From positions 62,001 to 126,000 of the forward strand of contig NIVC01002621.1 of NCBI GenBank assembly GCA_002269645.1: a stretch of DNA of 64,000 nucleotides. Reading direction: 5' to 3'. Position numbers and translations under genes: made by a program. This stretch comes from Macrostomum lignano (lineage: Eukaryota). Below the pieces are notes generated by a model. It made no database searches. It saw only the letters and a program-made list of their open reading frames with translations, and was not told the DNA's origin. This document shows positions 11,331-23,543 of the stretch, piece by piece (position 1 is the stretch's first letter; each line of letters starts with the position of its first letter).

Positions 11331-13813
11331 GTAATTATGGACCACGCAGTCAGACCTCAAATCAATATACGACAACTCACCGCTATGGCCATGCAAGCTT
11401 TTCAATAGAAACGATAGGGCTGTAAAGTTTGGTGTCTCAGAACTGGCAAAATATTGAAGCTAATAAACATGATTATAGATGGAAAATAATATACACTAGC
11501 GTACAAATGCAGGTAGCAGGTGGAAGAGTTTAAGCTGGAGAGCCAATCTGCAACCAATGGGAAGCCCTCTGTTGGGAAGCCCTCTCTTACTCTCATCCTT
11601 TTGTCAAACTTGCAGTCCTGGGTTCTGGTCCAAGCTTTCTTCCATTTTGTAATTCTTGAACCTTTCTGTCATCAAGAAAATTTGATTTTTAACTTTTCAA
11701 AACCCAAGAATCTCTTGATATTCAGTAGCTTATTATTTTAATTAATTATGAGTTCGGCCTTTTAAGTCTGTAGCTTCGGGCCTGAGAACTCAGAAATGAA
11801 TCTCTTAGAACTCGGCCTCTCACTCCTGTCAGATGGTCAGCCCCATGGTAGCTAGATTGTGGGCGAGCAGCTAGGTCCTATAGCTAAGAGAAGACAGCGA
11901 GAGACAAGCAGGGAGAGTTTGAAAGGTAGAGATTAGCTAATCCACCGATTAACTAACCCGCTGCCACCAGTCCGTGCGCCCCGGCTGACCAAACCGGAGC
12001 TATTGAAATCGGACTTCCGACTAGAGGGGCACTGCACTTACATGCCATCTAGTGTCTTTTAGCTGTCTATCTCGAAGTCATAGCCGAATAGAAGGGACGC
12101 TGCTGGGACTAAGATCGCATTGGCCATGCAGGGACAGAGAGGACTTTTGCAGGGGGTTCTTGCGCTGGCGAGCCTTTATACACTGCCAAATGTACTACCT
12201 CATTACCAAATTCCCAGAAGTACATGTACAAGTACACGTAACTGCACGCCTTTGGCACTAAATGTGTTAACACGTCGACAGTAGCGATGATTTAGATGTA
12301 TTGTCACATTTGGAGACCCTTAGCCTAACAATTAACTCGTTTTAGCCGCTTAGCTGCCTGAGACTGCGCGAAAGCACCGGTCTGGCACTTAATTTGCATG
12401 CTTATCATGATTGCTTAGATCGACTGATTGACTGGAAACTGTGCCGCTTCCGGTCCACTGTGACCCCTGCCTCTAGGTCTAGCCACTCATCTCAGTTGGC
12501 ATTGCGAAAAAGAAAGAAAACGTTAAGTATTTAACTTACAGGTTAAACTTTCTCACTTAAATCACAATCCTAAACGCCTTAGATTGAGTCGGAGCGAATA
12601 GCTACTTTTAGTATTAAACGGAACTTCTACCTCGAGTTTGGCACACGAAAACAAGTAAGCAAAAGTGCAAATCCTATCGGACTACCTAGGAAGGGGTGAG
12701 TCAAGGGTGCACCCAGTTAAGCAGGTCAAGAAAGCCTCTCACCCAACCAATCAGAGGACCTAACCGCCGGTAGCCAAGGATTTCACAGAGACCGAAACGC
12801 TCGGACGGGATGCTGATGCTGATCTTAGCTGACGAGCGCCGCAGTTGTTCTTCGCTTGCCGGTTGCTGTCGCTGTCCTTAGATTACGACCGGGAAGTCAC
12901 GGGCGATGCTGTTCAGGGGATTTAACAGTTGAAGCCAAAGCTGATGGGAGACAACGACCAACTTCCTGCCTGGAAGTTGGCCAGGCAGGTGGCGAAGGCC
13001 GGGGGGAAGGGGGATCACGAGTGACCGCGGCCAAAGGAAAGGTTCTCTCGAGCGCGGGCAGACGTGACGCCTTTTATAGATCCCACGCGGCCAGTTTGTT
13101 ATAGCGAGCGCCGAATTTTCCTATTGGCTGAGGGCCTTTGTTAAAATTGGCGCCGAATTTTCTGATTGGTCGAGCCGGGGTCGGTCAGGTCTCTGATTGG
13201 CTGAGCTCAAGACCTCGAAACCCACCCCACCGGGTGGGCTCCATACCACATGGAAGTTGACAGGTGCAGTCATAAATCATAAAAAACGAATAAAAGTCAC
13301 TTGTCTAGACGTCCTTGCGCCGAAAGTGACTGCAAAAGCCCATAAATCAAAGGAGAAGGTAACAGAGCAAGTGGGGAGGAGGCTGGAAGGACCCCTTTGA
13401 CCCAGACAGGCTGGAGCCAAAAGTGACAGCTAGACCGCAATAAATAACTAAAAATAGTGAAAAAGTCACAAATCGGGGGGTCAGAATGAGATTAAAAACA
13501 TTCCTCCCAGACTTAGTGTCGCCTGTCTAGACTGTTAGAGGTCAAACCACCTCAGACCCAGACGGCCTGACCTTCAAACAAGCGTAGACAACCCAAAAAT
13601 AGAATCCTAGGAGAAGTACATTAAGTCCCTAACATAATTAATAGTAATGTCATAAGATAGCATAGGACTCAGCCTAGGTGAAAGAATAGAGAGAAAATCC
13701 TAAGCTAGCCTACTGATAGTAGGGGAAGAGGCGCATCGAAGCTAAATGTGCGGATTTAAGATTGAAAAAAGGTGCGTCCTCATCATAAAACTGAAATCAT
13801 CAAATTAAATAAT

Positions 13814-14215
13814 CTCTTATCTCATCCTATCTCTCATCTCATTTTCTTTCTCTTCTCTTATCTCATCCTATCTCTCATCTCATTTTCTTTCTCTTCTCTT
13901 ACCTCATCCTAGCTCTCATCTCATTTTCTTTCTTTTCTCTTACCTCATCCTAGCTCTCATCTCATTTTCTTTCTTTTCTCTTATCTCATCCTAGCTCTCA
14001 TCTCATTTTCTTTCTCTTCTCTTATCTCATCCTATCTCTCATCTCATTTTCTTTCTCTTCTCTTACCTCATCCTAGCTCTCATCTCATTTTCTTTCTTTT
14101 CTCTTATCTCATCCTAGCTCTCATCTCATTTTCTTTCTCTTCTCTTATCTCATCCTAGCTTTTCTTTCTCTTCTCTTATCTCATCCTAGCTCTCATCTAA
14201 TTTTCACTCTTATTT
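13814..14215 (+). repeat. About 41-bp CT-rich minisatellite, about 10 units
   Basis: Unit CTCTTATCTCATCCTAGCTCTCATCTCATTTTCTTTCTCTT. Confidence 0.93.
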
Positions 14216-14507
14216 CCTATCTCGGCTCTCCCCTCTCCTTTCTCTTTCATCTGGCCCGCAGCCACGATCTGGATTCTTTACCCTGGCCCTTGAGGTAAAG
14301 TTTGCCGAACCCTGAACCAAAGCGGCAAAACGGCATCTTTTATCTGACTGGTCTTATAGCTCAGGAGAATGGGAGGCATCGAGAGAGGGGGCTTGTTGGG
14401 GGAAGGGACGTTCAGGGACATTACAAGTTAGACATCTGGACTGGCAGCATGGCTGAGCCAGTGCTAGCTGCAAATTTAAGCCAATCAAATGATCTCTTTT
14501 TGCTCAC

Positions 14508-14820
14508 TAATAATAATAATAATAATAATAATTGATTACACCTGCCCTAGTGGGCAGATGTGCAACCGACAGCTCAGCCGCAGCTATTGCGCGGCGCATC
14601 TGAGGGCTGCGTACGGCTGTTCAGTCCAAGGTCTGGGGGTCGCCACACACGCCCTCAATTACCCCAGCTAATGCTGGCACCCATTTTACAGCTGGGTGAG
14701 CTGAAGCAATGCAGAGTTAAGTGCCTTGCTGCTCAAAGACACAAATTGTTCCGTGCGGGTTGAGAATCCTGACTGTACCCGCTTGATCTGCCTGACTCTA
14801 CCCACAGCTTTATCTGCCCA
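14508..14820 (-). mobile_element. SINE, same family, with (ATT)n tail
   Basis: Reverse complement matches 11090-11310; (AAT)n at 14509-14532 on plus is its 3' tail. Confidence 0.8.
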
Positions 14821-15263
14821 AACGTTACTGGAATGGTGCAACATGATGAGGAAATCAGATTTATCCACACATTTATATATTCAAACCATGTACATTAATT
14901 TCCACCTCTTCTCCAAGTAAATATAAGGTGACAGACAGTTACAGCACACAGCCAGTGCCAGGTAGATGTGAATCTCTAACCAACCGAATGTTTGCACACC
15001 AAACAGCTCAAAACCGCCCTAATCTCACATCTTTTCCGACTCTCAAATCTGAACTAACATTGGCCTTCTCAAGTGAGAGAATAATGCTGGACAGTTACAA
15101 AACGCAAAAAGAAAAGACCAAGTGTACATCCATGCGACTCTGCGTGAGCTGAGTCCAAGTTGAGCACTCGCCATCCAGCCGTCAACTCTCTCTCTCTCTC
15201 ATCCAGCAAGCAAAATGAAGAGCTGCGCCGCTCTCACATCTCCAAGCGATTCGGCATTTGCGA

Positions 15264-15524
15264 ATGGAGATGAGCTCACGGTTCTGCCAAGCTCTGCTCC
15301 CACTGCTGCTCCTGTTGCACCTGTCTGCTCTGCGGCTAGCCGTCTCTGTCGAGGACGTCGAGAACGGCGACAACGACGGCGACGCTGAAGAAGTTGACGA
15401 CGACGACTCCTGGGAGGATGAGGAGAAGCGGATCAACGGTGGCCTTCTAGGCGGAGGTGCGGTTCAGCTGCGCCTGCGACGGCGCTACTTGCAGCAGTAC
15501 GGGCCGGCCGCGTACCCCGGCTGA
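15264..15524 (+). CDS. Small secreted prepropeptide, neuropeptide-precursor-like (86 aa)
   Basis: MEMSSRFCQALLPLLLLLHLSALRLAVS (signal-peptide-like), acidic spacer, KR, INGGLLGGGAVQLRL, RRR, YLQQYGPAAYPG-stop; GC-rich island; polypyrimidine acceptor ending at 15206. Confidence 0.65.
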   Translation: MEMSSRFCQALLPLLLLLHLSALRLAVSVEDVENGDNDGDAEEVDDDDSWEDEEKRINGGLLGGGAVQLRLRRRYLQQYGPAAYPG

Positions 15525-16374
15525 TTCCCAAGTCAGCAGTTGCACGGATGCCGGCGCTTAAAAGCAAGAGTAATTGACACTTGACTCGCTTTGATGGCCG
15601 ATTTGCTTTTAAATACAATTAGCGAGATGAGACAACTGGCCCTTCGAATGGGAATTCTGTCTCCCGACTGTTGCCGGGACTAGCGGCCAGCTGCAAACGG
15701 CTTGATGCGCCATCGGCCCAGACTTGATTTCAAGTACAGTCATTTACCGGTATTTGGGGCTAAAATTGGAATCTCGGCTTGGCTCTGCTCGTGCAATTAA
15801 TGCCCTTGAGGGCCAACCCCCAAGGCACAGTGAAGTTAGAGGCGCTGTACACTACTGTGTGAGTGCGTGCCTGTGCGTATGACTGCGTCTGAGTATGACT
15901 GGAGTCGGCAGAATAGGCAGCAATGCCTCTCGCCGGTTGTGTGGCAATGTCGCTTAAAGTGTGCCATGCAGGGTGCACACAGCCTCCTGCCTCTGGCTAA
16001 AAAACCCTGAAGCAGAGCCTGCATCCATCACTAATCACGTGCAGCACAGCCACATCCAGAAGACAACAGAAAACACGCATTGAGAGAATTACTTGACTTA
16101 GCTGCTGGGGGCTCCGGACATCCGGATGCAGCGAGGCGTTGCAGCTCATTTCACTAACCCCTGGCGACCACGGGCAGCTGGTGCTGCTGCATTGAGAGAC
16201 AACAGTGAACTTTTACAGAGCTGGGTAAATATGACTGAGTCAACACGAGTTCAGTATTTGGTGGCAGGTCTTAATCTCAAAGCATTGGCAATAAAACTTT
16301 TTTCACTTCAACAATGCATTGTTCAATCATTACCCAAGGCGGGGTGAGAAAATAAACCCAGAGCAGCACTGATC

Positions 16375-16515
16375 CCAGCCAGCTGTAGCTTCATCTGATC
16401 CTTAGCCAGCAGTAGCTTCATCTGATCCTTAGCCAGCTGTAGCTTCATCTGATCCTTAGCCAGCAGTAGCTTCAATTGATCCTTAGCCAGCTGTAGCTTC
16501 ATCTGATCCTTAGCC
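16375..16515 (+). repeat. 27-bp minisatellite, 5 units
   Basis: GCCAGC(T/A)GTAGCTTCATCTGATCCTTA. Confidence 0.9.
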
Positions 16516-16869
16516 TTTCACGTCCCCGCGGTGACCTGGTATCCAGACTCCATACTTACAAAGGCCTCCTGCTGAACTTTGCTGAAATTTGCCTGTTCTT
16601 TTGCTTTTCTTTCACGACCGGTGCAGCGTCACCGTCCGCATGAACTCATCTTTGGGGAAGCCACTCAGTCCAGCGCAGCTTCAGGGCCGCGCCCTGCTGC
16701 TGTGCGGCTTCTTCGACCTGCTTAGATTCACTAATTAACCCTGTTCTCACTGTGCTCACTGGCCCGTGCAAGAGATCTGCAGTGGCGCATCGACGGAGCC
16801 CGGCTCCGCATCCGGGTGACCAAAACCATGCAATCAACTGGGGAAACAGGACCAATGTCGAACTGAAAA

Positions 16870-17900
16870 TACTGACACCTGGCAGTACAGATACTACTGA
16901 CACCTGCAGTACAGATACTACTGACACCTGGCAGTACAGATACTACTGACACCTGGCAGTACAGATACTACTGACACCTGGCAGTACAGGTACTACTGAT
17001 ACCTGGCAGTACAGATACTACTGACACCTGGCAGTACAGATACTACTGACACCTGGCAGTACAGATACTACTGACACCTGGCAGTACAGATACTACTGAC
17101 ACCTGCAGTACAGATACTACTGACACCTGGCAGTACAGATACTACTGACACCTGGCAGTACAGATGCTACTGACATCTGCAGTACAGATACTACTGACAT
17201 CTGCAGCACAGATACTACTGACACCTGCAGTACAGATACTACTGACACCTGGCAGTACAGATACTACTGACACCTGCAGTACAGATACTACTGACACCTG
17301 CAGTACAGATACTACTGACACCTGGCAGTACAGATACTACTGACACCTGGCAGTACAGATACTACTGACACCTGGCAGTACAGATACTACTGACACCTGG
17401 CAGTACAGATACTACTGACACCTGGCAGTACAGATGCTACTGACATCTGCAGTACAGATACTACTGACATCTGCAGCACAGATACTACTGACATCTGCAG
17501 CACAGATACTACTGACACCTGCAGTACAGATACTACTGACACCTGGCAGTACAGATACTACTGACACCTGGCAGTACAGATACTACTGACACCTGGCAGT
17601 ACAGATACTACTGACACCTGGCAGTACAGGTACTACTGACACCTGGCAGTACAGATACTACTGACACCTGGCAGTACAGATACTACTGACACCTGGCAGT
17701 ACAGATACTACTGACACCTGGCAGTACAGATACTACTGACACCTGGCAGTACAGATACTACTGACACCTGGCAGTACAGATACTACTGACACCTGGCAGT
17801 ACAGATACTACTGACACCTGCAGCACAGATACTACTGACATCTGCAGATCAGATACTACTGACATCGGCAGCACAGATACTACTGACATCTGCAAGTCAG
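16870..17900 (+). repeat. 23/24-bp minisatellite CACCT(G)GCAGTACAGATACTACTGA, array 1
   Basis: About 43 tandem units read directly. Confidence 0.97.
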
Positions 17901-18449
17901 ATACTATACTTAACACCCGTAGATCAGTCAGATACCACTAGTGCCGGTATATTACTAGGGCTTTAGAAATGAAGAATAGAAGTGGGCTAATAGGCTGAGC
18001 CTACAATGAGTACACGCAACGCATGGCAAAGCTACAGCTGCTCCTATTCACTTCAGACAGACAATCAAAAGCGAGGCGGCTATTTGACCCAGGCGGTTGA
18101 CAGGCGGAGAGAGCCCAACGCTGAGGCCGCTCCTGGGGGGAGCCGTGGGCACGTCCGGGACCCTCATAGCAGTATTCCATCGAACTCGGTATAGCTTCAT
18201 GCGCTGTACGGTCCGGTCCGTCTCACGCTCACGCAGGGTGTACAGAGGCTCTGAATTTATAATCGTTAGACATGTACACTCTCCCAGTGCCTTGGAGGTT
18301 TGTGCCTGGCCAGGCCCTCGAGGGTGTGAATCGCAATGAGACAGCGGAGAGTCAGACCCGTGTACCGCTGAGCTGCTCTGCCACTTGGTATTGATGCGTG
18401 GAGAGGAATGGAAAATCTAAATTCAATGCTTAACTGTTGAATCAGTTAA

Positions 18450-18730
18450 TTGTATACTACTTAGTAAACTATATGCACTATATATACTACTTAGTAAACT
18501 ATATATACTACTTAGTAAACTATATACACTACTTAGTAAACCATATATACTACTTAGTAAACTATGTATACTACTTAGTAAACTATATACACTACTTAGT
18601 AAACTATATATACTACTTAGTAAACTATGTATACTACTTAGTAACCTATAAATTCTACTTAGTAAACTTTATATACTACTTAGTAAACTATAGATACTAC
18701 TTAGTCAACTATATATACTACTTAGTATAA
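18450..18730 (+). repeat. 21-bp minisatellite TATACTACTTAGTAAACTATA (also 24750-25060 and 31265-31575)
   Basis: Tandem units inside the shared 3'-flank block of the three ERCC6L terminal-exon copies. Confidence 0.93.
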
Positions 18731-19251
18731 TTCGCTGCAAGATTCTCACGAACAAAAGAAGGACACGAAACACGAAAGAGAAGCCAACCCAATCAGTCTG
18801 TTGAAAGAATTATCCAAATAAAAAGCAAAAGCGAACAAACAGGTTTTATATAATAGCTGGAGTAGATGTATTACACAGAAGTATAGTTAATAGTAACAGT
18901 AGCAGCCTACGAAAAATGCCGTTCTGTGGTGCTTGAGCACTGCTCATAAATGCCACACGATCTCTTCTACCATTTTGCCAAGCTTTCACCCCCGCTCAGA
19001 TCATGATTGATTGAGTAAGCTGATAAATGCTCATCCCCCGCTCAGATCATGATTGATTGAGTAAGCTGCTAAAGATCAGAACACACTAAAAGGAACAAAA
19101 ATGCGCTAGAAAACGTAAAATATTGAAAAGCTAAAGATAAACGAGCGCATATTTGAAAGTAAAAGTAAATGTGACGAATTCATGTGAAACATATGTCAAA
19201 ATGTCATTTGACATTGTTCCCCAGAGCACCGCGCCAGCTTTGAAGAGATCC

Positions 19252-19634
19252 TCAGTCGTCCCCGTCAATGGACATGCAGTTACCGCCCTCGGTGCTGGCA
19301 GCGGGGGCTCCGGTCACCATTGGAGTCCAAAAGAGCTTCGCCGGAGTAAGAGCTTCGAGATCTGCGGAAATAAGGTTACATGTACATGTAGTTCTTTTTC
19401 TGATCTTTAGCCATGCGCAGGTCCATTTGCTCAGCTAAAAAACTGCCTGAGGTTGCAGATGCCCAGTGAGACCTCTTGGGGCCAGTTTTACCTGACATGG
19501 CCGTAATAAATGTGCTGTGGTCAGGGTGCACGAGCGTTCCGCGGACGGCTCCTGTGAATAATTTGCAGGCAGATGTTGAAGTATATTCTTTACGACACTC
19601 GATTGGCAGAATACATGTATGCCCGAACCAAAGC
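19252..19634 (-). CDS. Putative two-exon coding 3' end ending in a diverged ERCC6L terminal peptide (exons 19492-19634 and 19252-19361)
   Basis: Acceptor TTTAGTTAG at 19635, donor G|GTAAAA at 19491, acceptor TTTCCGCAG at 19362; spliced frame reads LWFGHTC...[42 protein letters not shown], matching ERCC6L's ...[10 protein letters not shown]. Confidence 0.45.
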
Positions 19635-19664
19635 CTAACTAAACACAGCTGTAGGAGAACTACA

Positions 19665-20113
19665 GATACTACTGACAGCTGGAGAACAGATACAACTGAC
19701 ATTTTCAGTACAGATGCTACTGACACCTGCAGGTCAGATACTACTCACATCTGCAGTACAGATACTACTGACACCTGCAGTACAGATCCTACTGACATCT
19801 GCAGGTCGGATACTACTGACACCTGCAGTACAGATACTACTGACACCTGCAGTACAGATACTACTGACACCTGCAGTACAGATACAACTGACATTTTCAG
19901 TACAGATACTACTGACACCTGGCAGTACAGATACTACTGACACCTGCAGTACAGATACTACTGACACCTGCAGCACAGATGCTACTGACACCTGCAGCAC
20001 AGATGCTACTGACACCTGCAGTACAGATACTACTGACACCTGCAGCACAGATACTACTGACACCTGCAGTACAGATACTACTGACACCTGCAGCACAGAT
20101 ACTACTGACACCT
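19665..20113 (+). repeat. CAGTACAGATACTACTGA minisatellite array 2, left part
   Basis: Same unit as array 1; interrupted at 20113 by the CACTA-type element. Confidence 0.95.
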
Positions 20114-21347
20114 CCCAGTGGCAAAGTCGAGCTCGGTCCGAGCTCGGGCCGACGTCGGCCACTCGGCATTCGATCGGCCATGCTAAAGTCGGCCAGCCGA
20201 CGTCGGCCCAAACTCGGGAGAACCTCGGGGTGCCGCGCCGTTAACCGATTAAAATTTTTAATCAATTAAGCAGAATTTACCTACGATAATCAATTCGATG
20301 TGATTAAAAAAGAACACCACATAAATATAGGTGAATAATTTACACTGAAAAAGTGACTCTTTTGCAATAAACAAAAACAACGCAATCATACAGCACTTTT
20401 GATCCACCAAAGTGGTGCAATGTGCTTTTTACACATACTAATTGTGTTTTTACTGAATTAGTTTCCTCGTTGAGTAGGCGATTTGACTTTTATGGATTTA
20501 TTTTCCTTCGAGACGACCATGAAGTGCATGCGTTATAGGTACGGAAAATTCGAAGTACTGGATTTTAACAATTTATATGAGTAATTTACCAGATAAAATA
20601 ACATCGCTTTGTTAGTAAAAATTTAAATAAATAATAAACTGCTTCAGAATTTACTTAAGGCGTAATTATTGCTCATTTTTTGCCATTCATTTGAATATAT
20701 TGCTTCCATGATAGTCGACGTATCATGGTGGTTTTTTAGTCAATTGTAAACAGTGTTTGGCTCTTTTTAACGTGGAAATTCATTTAGCTTCTTAGTTATT
20801 ATTTTTATTACACGTTCTTTGGAAGCATTTAGATGTTTTGGCAAAAATTCCAGAGACTATACTTAGTCTTACAGTTAAGCCGAAACTAATTGAACTATAG
20901 CTAGTTGAAGTTAACTACACTGTAGTGTAATGCAATGCAAACTTGCTTTTTTTGGGTTTAATGGAGATTGCTTACAATTTATGAATAGGCGTATGAAATA
21001 TGTTCTCATAAATAATAATAAGACATAATACGATGGCAATTCACTAGCTATTTTCAGAATGGCCATCAAATAGTTATCTAGGAGTTAAAAGTGAATAAAT
21101 GTCTACAAAAAAGCATATTTTCATGATAAAATGTTTAAAAATATAGGATTGCAATAGGAGTTACCATAACTTAACTGTAGGAATGATATCTAGCTTAGGT
21201 CATAAATCCTGTGATTTGAAGTCTAAAATGGACTAGGCTAAATAAAGCCATGTTTTTAAGCTCCTATGATATTTTTATCCTTACTATATTTAGCTTCTTA
21301 TTTTTTCATTTGTCTAGGCCTATGGCAATGCCATCATGAATTACATA

Positions 21348-21644
21348 CATACATGCGCAACAGTCGGCCGAGTCGGCCGATCCGGCCGACCGATTTGGCG
21401 GCCAACCAAGGAAGTCGCAAAAATGCCAACCCGAAAAAACACCAAGTAGTAGTACTAAGTAGCTGACGAGGCATTTTGGCTTTATAAGACAGTCATAGTT
21501 ACTCCTGCCGTTTACCCAAAGTTGCGTTTATTTTGCTTTCGGGTTTTTTTACATGTAAGTCGCATTTTTGGCCAAAAACTACGTCGCATTTTTGTTAAAA
21601 CTAAGTCGCATGGCCGACCGAAATTTGGAGGTTGCGCATGTATG
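21348..21644. mobile_element. hAT-type MITE, 297 bp, copy 1
   Basis: 14-bp TIR CATACATGCGCAAC / GTTGCGCATGTATG; perfect 8-bp TSD ATTACATA. Confidence 0.93.
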
Positions 21645-22099
21645 ATTACATACAATCAGTTAATTTAAGACATTGTTCATGTACTATAGGCCAGGATATA
21701 ATGCCAATTGTGCATTTTATGGCAAGCAATTTAATGTAATTTTGCTATATATACCAGATTTTTTACTTTTGAATTGATTCACAGTATTCATATTATACTA
21801 TATTATTTTTCTAATGACTTTTTAGTATAACTATAGTATACTTATTTTACTATTATAGGTTTTTACTTTATTTTTGCACTATAGACTAGATCTTGATGCT
21901 ATTTTATATACTAGGGCCTTATGCCACATTTGGCATCAGTTTTGTTCTACAGGCCAGATTTGGGTATCATTTTTGTGTTTTTCAATTTATGCATTTGACT
22001 CCATTTTTTACCTTTTCATCATATGGCTTCATTTCTAACCCCCTTGATGTTCTAGATACAACACTGAGAAAATGGGGTGAGATTCTAAGCCTCCCCACA

Positions 22100-22960
22100 A
22101 GCAATGCAGAAGCAGCAGCACGACACCCATGCCCATGACCACCGCATTGAGATGGGCAACACAGTCGTTGCAAGGGACTTTGCTGCTGATGGCAGCTGGA
22201 AGCCTGCTGTTCTGACCGACTGCTCCAGGGCTGTCTCTCTTGCCAGTTTGACGATGGTCGAGAGGTCCATCGGCACATCAATCAAGTGCCTGTGGCGCCT
22301 TCCAAAGTTGAGCAACCACTATGTGCCGAGGTGCCTGACGATCAACCAGAGGCCCCTGCGGAGACGCCTGGCCAGGCGCCAGAGTTGAGCTCTGCGGCGC
22401 CACTTTGACGTTCGACCAGGGCAAGAGCTTAACCTGACTGGCTGCGCTACCAGTGACTATGGACTGTTCCTCTATGGACTGTGAACTGATTTGCGTCTTT
22501 TATTCCCGTTTTTATCCAACGCTTAATCTTTGTGGGGAGGAGTGTGGTGACTTGGCTGGGCAAATTGTTGTTTTTTGTTAGCTTGTTTTTACTCCGTGTT
22601 TTGAGGTGGTGTTTTACCAGTTTCGCTGCGTGCTCCCTTCTGCGATATTTCGCTGTACATTCTTATGTGCGCTCTGCATTCTGGCCGCTCTTTCTCTCCA
22701 CCCTTAAGCCTCTTACACCCAATGTATCGTGCTCAATACTTACAATATAAATTGCAGTCGCTTTCCTCGTATCAAGCGTCTCGTTCTACAATCTAAAGTG
22801 AAGTCTTTACAGTTTATAATGTTAATAATGCTCAACCAAATCTGTATCGCAACCCTTAACTCAACCTCTGTTTTCAGCTGTTTAGCTACTTTTTCTCTTT
22901 GTTTTCTTGCTTATTGGTTGAAAAGTTAATCTTGTATCCTTATTAGCATTTGATAATACA
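22100..22960 (+). mobile_element. Decayed Gypsy 3' fragment: integrase C-terminus, PPT and start of a 3' LTR
   Basis: Frameshifted QKQQHD...GNTVVARDF...WKPAV / FDDGREVHRHINQ...RSTRAR-PDWL typical of Gypsy integrase tails; PPT GGGGAGGAG (22534-22542) followed by TGTGGTG; LTR end not defined. Confidence 0.65.
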
Positions 22961-23543
22961 CTAGTGTGCTTGTGGTGGATTTACTGTTGCGGTGTTCTTT
23001 TAATTCAATTATTTTAAGTTCTTCTAAATCGTTGTCTTATTTCACAATCATTTAATCCTGGACATGGTTGTTGGTTGTATATTTGTTGGGTCAGAGAACT
23101 GAGTCTGGTGAATATGTATCTAATTCCGAGGGGAAATCAATTAACTAGTTATACTAGAGGCTCACCATAACTAGGCTCATATACATTTACCACTGCAATG
23201 CACTAACATGCTAGGAATGACATGGGATCTTTAACTCGATGGTTTCAATTCGTGTCATGTCGTTTTCCCATTCACCTTTTCTTTTTCATGTAATACCGAA
23301 TTGTACATGTACAGTAAAATTATATAGAAAGTGAAAGTGGCACCTACATGTAGTCAATCTGTAAGAAGCAATATAAGCTTTATAATAAGCTAAATAAAGT
23401 ATAGTGCAAAGCTACTCGGCATTACCGCGGTCAGCCGACCTCGGCCCGAGGTCGTCGGCCCGAGCTAGAACCGCCGTCAACCCGCCGAGCTCGGCCCGAT
23501 CTCGGCGGACCGAGCTCGGGCCGAGCTCGGCTTTGCCACTGGG

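Larger units (their letters stand above)
20114..23543. mobile_element. Non-autonomous CACTA/EnSpm (CMC)-type DNA transposon, 3430 bp
   Basis: TIRs CCCAGTGGCAAAG...CTTTGCCACTGGG, palindromic CCGAGCTCGG subterminal repeats at both ends, 2-bp TSD CT (20112-20113 / 23544-23545); no transposase ORF. Confidence 0.85.

Noticed and set aside
16040-16870. GC-rich, exon-like segments on the minus strand with plausible splice signals
   Set aside because: Every splicing/frame combination I tried hits stop codons and no protein motif is recognisable.
21455-21530. CTGACGA in the hAT MITE as a hammerhead ribozyme core
   Set aside because: No correctly placed stem II and GAAA downstream.
22100-22960. Gypsy 3' fragment as the missing half of the intronic Gypsy
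   Set aside because: Its LTR starts TGTGGTGACT, unlike TGTTGGACTC of the intronic element; different family.
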